From the NCBI RefSeq assembly GCF_006345805.1, contig NW_021829359.1, forward strand, positions 1 through 6,420: a stretch of 6,420 nucleotides of DNA. Reading direction: 5' to 3'. Made by a program: the position numbers and the translations under genes. The stretch comes from Octopus sinensis. Lineage: Eukaryota. The notes beneath the pieces are model-generated. The model did no database searches and was not told the DNA's origin. It was given only the letters and a program-made list of their open reading frames with translations. Positions 1 through 6,420 of the stretch are shown here, one piece after another (positions within the stretch are counted from its first letter, which is position 1; the number at the start of each line of letters is the position of its first letter).

Positions 1-112
1 AAACGCATACATTCATTTATAATCGTTTCTTTTCATATATCTATATATGATCTATAGTTTCACCCAAAAAATTTTCAATACTATTCCATCACTTGCATAT
101 GCATAAGGACGC

Positions 113-130
113 ATACACACACCACACACA

Positions 131-191
<61 letters not shown>

Positions 192-220
192 AACATACAC
201 ACATGCATAGATATATACAC
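113..220. repeat. Compound dinucleotide microsatellite (CA)n-(TA)n
   Basis: (CA)n at about 115-160 runs directly into (TA)n at 161-186, then degenerate CA/TA. Confidence 0.95.
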
Positions 221-311
221 ACCACTACGTAGTTCTGGAATCAAATCATTAATATTATGGAGCAGCCTCGTGCATTTTTCTGTTGTGAAAAAGGTTTTCA
301 CGAGGTGCTAA

Positions 312-560
312 TACACACGCATATACATACATACATATACACGCATACATATATATAATTACACATATACATATATACATATGTATATACATGTACACAC
401 CATTATATATGGGTTAATAGGTAGACAGACATACTAGTATATAAGTACACATGACATATATATTGTATGTATATATATATATATATAATATATATATATA
501 TATTATATATATGTATATATACTTAAATAGTATATAAATATGTTTATGTATGAATAAAGT
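312..560. repeat. Degenerate TA/CA/ATAC low-complexity tract
   Basis: Interrupted (TA)n and (ATAC)n-like runs, very AT-rich. Confidence 0.85.
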
Positions 561-650
561 ATTCACGAATATTCTAATGCATATATATATGTGTGTGTAT
601 CTCTTTATTTATTATCATCTATCAATGCACCACAGACACAAACGCACACT

Positions 651-652
651 CC

Positions 653-686
<34 letters not shown>

Positions 687-905
687 CACATATATATATA
701 TATATATGATATATGCGCATATATATATATATATATATATATCATATATATACATAGATGGATAGCGAGATTGATAGATATTTGTGCATGTATAATACTA
801 TTATATATTATATTATATATATATATTTATGCATATAACACTATACATACACTCACACAATCACACACACAAGCACACACACATACACATAGATATAGAT
901 AGCCA
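651..905. repeat. Compound (CA)n-(TA)n microsatellites
   Basis: (CA)n at about 653-690, (TA)n at about 691-755, then further degenerate TA and CA runs to about 905. Confidence 0.9.
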
Positions 906-1193
906 TACATACGCACTTATTTTATCTTTCATCTCTCTAAACAATGCTATGCGTTAGTAGGTTTATCAAACACATTCTCCTTTCTGTCTGCCTTTTTTGT
1001 TATTTTATTTATAATCTCAATAAACTAAGCATACTTAGATTTACTACGGTATGTTACAAATACACTTTTATCTACGTTCTTTTTTGCCCTACTAGCATCA
1101 AACACAAAGCAAAACCACCGACTGACGAAAAACAGCACTACTAAATAAGGAAATATAAACGGCAACAAGAACGACAACAACATTGATGCTGGT

Positions 1194-1203
1194 GATAATA
1201 ATG

Positions 1204-1281
<78 letters not shown>

Positions 1282-1413
1282 TTAACAATAATAATACTAA
1301 TAATAATGATAATAATACTACTAATAATAATAATGATTATAATAATGATAATAATATTAGTAATAATAAAAAAAAATAATAATAATAATAATGATGATGA
1401 TGATGATGTTGAT
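1194..1413. repeat. (AAT)n microsatellite ending in (GAT)n
   Basis: Long AAT run with AAC/ACT/GAT interruptions. It produces the poly-I and poly-L ORFs. Confidence 0.97.
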
Positions 1414-1542
1414 AAAAACGTTATAGTTTTCTAGATTGTAAGGAGAAAAGCAAGAAAATAAGGCATTGTGAAGTTAGTACTTAACAAATATATGTAATTT
1501 GTCAGCCAAGAAAAAATATAAGTACAGCATCAATATATATCA

Positions 1543-1673
1543 TAACAACAACGAAGGTAATAATAATAATAATAATAATAACAATAATAATAATAATAAC
1601 AATTATTAATTATAATAATGATAATAAAAATAATAATAATAATGATAATAATAATAATTATAACAACAACAGT

Positions 1674-1706
<33 letters not shown>

Positions 1707-1873
1707 TATAATAATAATAATAATAATAAATAATGACAACAACAACAACAGCAATATCAATAATGATAATAATAATAATGATAATAAATATAACAACAAC
1801 AACAATAATAATAATAATAATAATAATAATGATAATAATAATAATAATAAATAATTACAACAACAACAATATC

Positions 1874-1923
<50 letters not shown>

Positions 1924-2023
1924 CAACAATAATAATAATAATAATGATAATAAAAATAATAATAATAATAATAACAATAATGACAACAACAACAACAGCA
2001 ATATCAATAATGATAATAATATC

Positions 2024-2061
<38 letters not shown>

Positions 2062-2105
2062 TAATAATAATGATGATGATGATGATAATGATAATAATAA
2101 TAATA
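1543..2105. repeat. Compound (AAT)n/(AAC)n/(GAT)n microsatellite with internal block duplications
   Basis: About 560 bp of trinucleotide runs. An identical 43-bp interrupted block occurs at 1731-1773 and 1978-2020. Confidence 0.97.
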
Positions 2106-2226
2106 GTGTGGATGAAGAGAAAGGCGAGAGAAATAGAAAGTTGGGGAGAGGAACAAAATGAGAAGAGGGAGAAGAAAAGAATTGGAGAAGTGAAGGAGGA
2201 TGAGAAGGGTAATTGATGATGAAGAG
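2104..2226. other. Purine-rich (GA-rich) low-complexity stretch
   Basis: Plus strand is mostly A/G (gaagagaaaggcgagagaaatagaaag...). Confidence 0.7.
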
Positions 2227-2329
2227 TATGAATTAGCCTAGGAGCATCAGGATTTAGGTATATTACGAGGAGACTTTAGAGTTTTTGCTGTGGGGAAGTG
2301 GTTTATACGAAATGATGAGCGGTATAAAG

Positions 2330-2412
2330 GAAGGAAATAGAGTAAGGAATGCGGCAGAGAAAGATGAAATGATATATTTGCTGTTTGTGAGAGAGACCGC
2401 AGCGGAAATACC
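2330..2412 (+). mobile_element. Decayed R4/Dong-like non-LTR retrotransposon, element 1, piece a (post-RT region)
   Basis: Frame from 2330 reads EGNRVRNAAEKDEMIYLLFVRETAAEI, resembling the RVxNWxEKxM(H/Y)GQFVRE segment that precedes WLxKGDLK in R4-clade proteins. It joins piece b with the expected residue spacing once the SINE insert is removed (2-nt frame offset). The left boundary is uncertain. Confidence 0.55.
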
Positions 2413-3094
2413 TATTTCTTTACTACCCACAAGGGGCTAAACATAGAGTGGACAAATAAGGACAGACAAACGGATTAAGTTGATTATATCAATTTTGAAC
2501 TCAGAACGTAGCGGCAGACGAAATACCTATTTCTTTACTACCCACAAGGGGCTAAACATAGAGGGGACAAACAAGGACAGACAAACGGATTAAGTTGATT
2601 ATATCAATTTTGAACTCAGAACGTAGCGGCAGACGAAATACCTATTTCTTTACTACCCACAAGGGGCTAAACATAGAGGGGACAAACAAGGACAGACAAA
2701 CGGATTAAGTTGATTATATCAATTTTGAACTCAGAACGTAGCGGCAGACGAAATACCTATTTCTTTACTACCCACAAGGGGCTAAACACAGAGGAGACAA
2801 ACAAGGACAGACAAGCGGATTAAGTTGATTATATCAATTTTGAACTCAGAACGTAGCGGCAGACGAAATACCTATTTCTTTACTACCCACAAGGGGCTAA
2901 ACATAGAGGGGACAAACAAGGACAGACAAACGGATTAAGTTGATTATATCAATTTTGAACTCAGAACGTAGCGGCAGACGAAATACCTATTTCTTTACTA
3001 CCCACAAGGGGCTAAACATAGAGGGGACAAACAAGGACAGACAAACGGATTAAGTTGATTATATCAATTTTGAACTCAGAACGTAGCGGCAGAC
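2405..3094 (-). repeat. SINE-derived tandem array, 6 x 115 bp
   Basis: GAAATACC anchors at 2405, 2520, 2635, 2750, 2865, 2980 and 3095 give an exact 115-bp period. Units 2, 3, 5 and 6 are identical, unit 1 has 2 substitutions and unit 4 has 3. Each unit is a SINE A tail plus a truncated head/B-box segment, without the central 70 bp. Confidence 0.97.
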
Positions 3095-3325
3095 GAAATA
3101 CCTATTTTTTTACTACCCACAAGGGGCTAAACATAGACGGGACAAACAAGGACAGACAAACGGATTAAGTTAATTATATCAACCCCAGTGCGTAACTGGT
3201 ACTCATTTAATCGAACCCGAAAGGATGAAAGGCAAAGTCAACGTCGGCGGAATTTTAACTCAGAACGTAACGGCAGACGAAATACGGCTACGCATTTCGC
3301 CCGAGGTGCTAACGTCGCTGCCAGC
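3095..3325 (-). mobile_element. tRNA-derived SINE family A, primary monomer heading the array (about 8 nt 5'-truncated)
   Basis: Colinear with the copies at 3821-4052, 4367-4599 and 6016-6207. The minus strand has an A-box-like TGGCAGCGACG, a degenerate B-box GAGTTAAAATTCC and the central GCCTTTCATCCTTTCGGG...AGTACCAG block. SINE plus array are flanked by CAGC(G/A)GAAATACC at 2400-2412 and 3322-3334. Confidence 0.9.
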
Positions 3326-3531
3326 AGAAATACCGATGTCTTTGGGTGGTGGCACTGGCTGAGGAAGGGTGATTTCAAAACAGAGATAGATGCATTTATC
3401 TGTGCGACAGAGGAACAAGCGGTTGTTACGAATTGCACCATGGTTGACAACGTGGCAGAAAGTGAGAATTGCAAGCTGTGCAGAGATAACAGGAGGCGCT
3501 ATGGTAAACTGTGAGTGAGTGCACGAAGCTG
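3326..3531 (+). mobile_element. Decayed R4/Dong-like element 1, piece b (zinc-knuckle region)
   Basis: Reads WHWLRKGDFKTEIDAFICATEEQAVVTN...AESENCKLC, then after a frameshift VSECTKL (3511-3531). This matches the WLxKGDLKxETEAxICAAQEQAxxTN...CRLC...HIVSECxKL pattern of RLE non-LTR elements. The CCHC His is missing. Confidence 0.85.
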
Positions 3532-3560
3532 CGTTAAGGTGCTCATAATCGTAAGGTCAT

Positions 3561-3573
3561 GAGTTCGATTCCC
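3561..3573 (+). promoter_or_regulatory. RNA polymerase III B-box of SINE B
   Basis: GAGTTCGATTCCC matches the GTTCRANNC consensus. Confidence 0.65.
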
Positions 3574-3820
3574 GACGACGCTTTGTGTCTAGGGAAAGAT
3601 CCTTATTTTACTTTGCTACAGCTTGCTCAGCTGGCGATATTGAGTAGTGCTTGTAATTGAAAGAGCCAGCGTTGATATTTCCTGTGCCATGCTGAGTCTC
3701 CATGCGAACTACGTGAAGGTTATATGTATCTGTAGAGTGATCGATCACCCCAGCCCCACGTTAATTTCACTTGCAAGCTCTTCGTTGATCGGGTTAATTG
3801 CAACACTCATCGTCTTAACC

Positions 3821-4052
3821 TATTTCTTTATTACCCACAAGGGGTAAACATAGAGGGGACAAAGAGGGACAGACATAGGTATTAAGTCGATTACATCGAC
3901 CCCAGTGCGTAACTGGTGCTTAATTTATCGACCCCGAAAGGATGAAAGGTAAATTCGACCTCGACGGAAATTGAACTCACAACGTAACGGCAGACGAAAT
4001 ACCGCAAAGCATTTCGCCCGGCATGCTAACGCTTCTGCCAGCTCGCCTCCTT
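3821..4052 (-). mobile_element. Full-length SINE family A monomer
   Basis: Minus strand starts AAGGAGGCGAGCTGGCAGAAGCG and ends ...TAAAGAAATA. Perfect 12-bp TSD ATCGTCTTAACC at 3809-3820 and 4053-4064. Confidence 0.93.
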
Positions 4053-4084
4053 ATCGTCTTAACCGACGGAGTATACGGAACGTG

Positions 4085-4233
4085 GCTCAGAAAGAATCCG
4101 ATTGAAGACACGAAAGAATAGCTGGCTGCACTCAGTGGAAGTTGTGTGGGAACTAATGAATGAAGATTGCAAAGACGTGGTGTGAGCAAAACTCAGAAGA
4201 AGCAATCGAAAATGACAATATCAAGATAATGTT
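4085..4233 (+). mobile_element. Decayed R4/Dong-like element 1, piece c (RH motif to just before LWD)
   Basis: Reads AQKESD*RHERIAGCTQWKLCGN**MKIAKTWCEQNSEEAIENDNIKIML, matching LAQKEYKRRHDxxAxxxHWKLC...WYEHxPExVxENxxxKILWD. Contains three in-frame stops. Confidence 0.85.
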
Positions 4234-4636
4234 AAGGCGGCGACTTGGCAAAAATGTTAGCACGCGAAATGCTTTGTGGTATTTCATCTGCCGTTCCGTT
4301 CTGAGTTCAATTTCCGCCGAGTTCGACTTTGCCTATCATACTTTCGGGGTCCTTAAATTAAGTACCTATTTCTTTATGACCCACAAGGGGCTAAACACAG
4401 AGGGGACAAACAAGGACAGACATATGTATTAAGTCAATTACATCGACCCCAATGCGTAAATGGTACTTAATTTATCAACCCCGAAAGGATGAAAGGCAAA
4501 GTCAACCTCGGCGGAATTTGAACTCATAACGTAACGACAAGCGAAATACCGTTAAGCATTTCGCCCGGCGTGCTAACGTTTCTGCCAGTTCTCCGCCTTA
4601 AATTAAGTACCAGTTACGCATTGGGGTCGATGTAAT
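4234..4636 (+). mobile_element. SINE family A, sense copy, interrupted (4367-4599) and 3'-truncated
   Basis: AAGGCGGCGACTTGGCAAAAATG head and B-box-like GAGTTCAATTTCC (4303-4315). The core runs to AAGTACC (4366), resumes AGTTACGCATTGGGGTCGATGTAAT (4612-4636) and then stops. Confidence 0.88.
4367..4599 (-). mobile_element. Full-length SINE family A monomer inserted antisense into another family-A copy
   Basis: Minus strand has A-box-like TGGCAGAAACG (4577-4587) and B-box-like GAGTTCAAATTCC (4513-4525). Direct repeat CCTTAAATTAAGTACC at 4351-4366 and 4596-4611 (12-16 bp TSD, first 4 nt overlap the SINE head). Confidence 0.93.
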
Positions 4637-5204
4637 GTGGACATTATAAAATCAAAAATGCTGACAAATGGTACAAGCACTACCCTGAGGCTATAACAGA
4701 AGGAGAAAATGTAATGATTCTTTGGGACGTCCCAGTATGTACAAACCGGACCATAAAAGCATATAAACCAGTCATTGTTGTGAAAGACCCAAACAATAGA
4801 AGCCTGGTTATTTATTGACATGAGCATACCCAGTACCATATCTCGGCAAAAGAAATTGACAAGCTCAGAACATATAAAGATTTGCAAGGCAAAATCGAAA
4901 AGATATGGTGTCTGAAGACGGTTAGTATACCAGCGATTGTAGAACTTGAAATGATCGAAAATGGAACTGAAAATTATTTGTGAATGATCCCTGGTTTACC
5001 ATCCATATAGGAAGTGCAAAATATTGTCTTAACCGATACGTCTCACGTACTGAGAAGAGCATTGTCACTTAGATCTATTTTGGTTTTTCCCCTTTATTTT
5101 ATTTGTTTCGTTATTCTCTGTCTTTCTTCGCCTCTTTCTGTTTCACATGAGTTTGTAAATGAAGAATCTGGAAACAGAATTGAAAGAAGATGCGAATGAA
5201 AACG
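4636..5204 (+). mobile_element. Decayed R4/Dong-like element 2: C-terminal PD-(D/E)xK endonuclease region, 3' UTR
   Basis: Reads CGHYKIKNADKWYKHYPEAITEGENVMILWDVPVCTNRTIKAYKPVIVVKDPNN.., after frameshifts FIDMSIP..ISAKEIDKLRTYKDLQGKIEKIWCLKTVSIP.., then ..YL*MIPGLPSI*EVQNIVLTDTSHVLRRALS (ends about 5070). The catalytic PD is now PV (4768-4773). A T-rich presumed 3' UTR runs into (AAT)n. Confidence 0.9.
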
Positions 5205-5250
<46 letters not shown>

Positions 5251-5278
5251 TAATAACAATAATAATAATAATATAATA

Positions 5279-5357
<79 letters not shown>

Positions 5358-5393
5358 AAGAAGAATGAAGATGATGATGATGATGATGATGAT
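5205..5393. repeat. (AAT)n-(AAG)n-(GAT)n compound microsatellite, possibly the LINE tail or target
   Basis: AAT at about 5205-5328, AAG to about 5364, GAT at about 5370-5393. Confidence 0.97.
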
Positions 5394-5471
5394 ATGAACC
5401 CTAAAAGCGATTGCGATTGACTATGTGCCTAGATTCAAAAGAGGAACGGATGCGGCCTGTGTTTTTAATGC

Positions 5472-5550
5472 ATTATTATTATTATTATTAGTTTTATTAT
5501 TATTATTATTAGTTTTATTATTATTATTATTATTAGTAGTAGTAGTAGTT

Positions 5551-5590
<40 letters not shown>

Positions 5591-5611
5591 CAGCAGCAGC
5601 AGTAATAATAA

Positions 5612-5644
<33 letters not shown>

Positions 5645-5686
5645 CAGCAGCAGCAGCAGCAGCAGCAGTGATAATAATAATAATAA

Positions 5687-5728
<42 letters not shown>

Positions 5729-5754
5729 CCGCAGAAGCAGTAAGAGTAGTAGCA
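5472..5754. repeat. (ATT)n-(AGT)n-(AGC)n-(AAT)n compound microsatellite
   Basis: In-phase trinucleotide runs. Source of the poly-V, L, Y, A and C ORFs. Confidence 0.97.
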
Positions 5755-5895
5755 ATATATACGATAATGTGACGAGACGAATAGAGAATTGTTCTTCTCA
5801 GCTAAACAAAAAAAAATGAAAAAAAGAAAACAAGAATATAAATAATGATCCATCATACTATACCCACGAAGCCTAAAGAATGATGAGATGGGGCC

Positions 5896-6207
5896 AGTCG
5901 ATTAGATCGACACCAGCACGCAACTGGTATTTAATTTATCGACTCCGAAGTAAAGAAAGGCAAAGTCGACCTCGCAAGAATTTCAAACTCAGAACGTAGC
6001 GACAGACGAAATACCTATTTCTTTACTACCCACAAGGGGCTAAACATAGAGGGGACAAACAAGGACAGACAGACGGATTAAGTCGATTACATCGACCCAG
6101 TGCGTAACTGGTACTCAATTTCATCTCCGAAAGGATGAAAGGCATTTGATCTCTGAACGTAACGACAGACGAAATACCGCTAAACGATTCTGCCAGCTCA
6201 CCGCCTT
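5896..6207 (-). mobile_element. Compound (dimeric) SINE family A
   Basis: The primary monomer at 6016-6207 has two small internal deletions. It joins via GAAATACC (6008-6015) to a second, head-truncated monomer (5896-6015) that retains the core. No TSD seen, and a different tail may extend to about 5850. Confidence 0.88.
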
Positions 6208-6216
6208 ATAATTTTG

Positions 6217-6420
6217 ACAACAATAACAACAACAACAACAGCAGCAGCAGCAGCAGCAGCAATAGCAACAATAACAGCAACAACAACAACAACAACAGTA
6301 GCAACAACAACAACAAAAATAATCATAAAAAGAATTTCTTTTATCAGCCGCAGGGTCATAAGTGATGGGGACATCAAAAGGAACCTGACAATAATAATAA
6401 TGTTAATAATAATATAATAA
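6217..6420. repeat. (AAC)n/(AGC)n microsatellite (to about 6323) and terminal (AAT)n (about 6390-6420)
   Basis: Direct reading. Yields the poly-T/A ORF. Confidence 0.9.

Larger units (their letters stand above)
3532..4072 (+). mobile_element. tRNA-derived SINE family B (5'-truncated), interrupted by a family-A SINE at 3821-4052
   Basis: tRNA-like head with a good B-box GAGTTCGATTCCC (3561-3573). The body ends ...CATCGTCTTAACC at 3820 and resumes GACGGAGT after the TSD at 4053-4064. It sits exactly between LINE codons ...ECTKL and AQKE. A possible degenerate TSD is GAGTGCACGAAGCTG (3517-3531) / GAGTATACGGAACGTG (4069-4084). Confidence 0.75.

Noticed and set aside
89-2216. ORFs rich in poly-I, L, N, T, H or Y
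   Set aside because: They are translations of CA/TA and AAT microsatellites, which lack stops in most frames.
2104-2320. Extension of element 1 upstream into the purine-rich region
   Set aside because: Only vague peptide resemblance (e.g. DEEYELA), not supportable without an alignment.
2480-2492. Compensatory stem change GTCGAT/ATCGAC to TTGAT/ATCAA as evidence of RNA-structure selection
   Set aside because: Both changes are CpG transitions. If both CpGs decay, a complementary outcome is expected about half the time.
2405-3094. CRISPR-like regularly spaced array
   Set aside because: The entire 115-bp unit repeats with no unique spacers, there are no cas genes, and the unit is SINE-derived.
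3188-3514. 108-aa ORF as a real gene
   Set aside because: It is a chimera of antisense SINE sequence (GTG start) read into a dead LINE frame. The same applies to 4160-4432 (LINE into SINE) and 5014-5199 (LINE end into UTR).
3532-3575. tRNA gene
   Set aside because: No 5' acceptor or D arm and no closing acceptor stem. It continues into a SINE body.
4636-5070. Active retrotransposon or functional nuclease
   Set aside because: It has frameshifts, in-frame stops, a PD-to-PV catalytic change and no RT domain in the window.
5425-6417. Poly-V, L, Y, A and T ORFs
   Set aside because: They are trinucleotide repeat translations with no domain content.

Overview
This is eukaryotic non-coding DNA. 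I find no credible host gene, RNA gene or CRISPR array. The repeats resemble octopus/coleoid cephalopod sequence, but that is from recall and unverified. Both flanks (1-2105 and 5205-6420) are dense CA/TA, AAT/AAC/GAT and AGT/AGC microsatellites, which explain nearly all ORFs in the track. The centre (about 2330-5204) is a nested retrotransposon graveyard. A decayed R4/Dong-like non-LTR element (restriction-like endonuclease, RLE, type) is split into three pieces. The first interruption is a tRNA-derived SINE (family A) trailing six near-identical 115-bp tandem units. The second is another SINE (family B) that itself carries a family-A insertion. Next come a sense family-A SINE containing an antisense family-A SINE, and the 3' end of a second, different R4/Dong-like element ending in (AAT)n. 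A compound family-A SINE lies at 5896-6207. I see no new protein-coding system. The most interesting signals are the nascent SINE-derived satellite, a recurring compound-SINE junction with a diagnostic base, and target-site duplications (TSDs) that all end in ACC.
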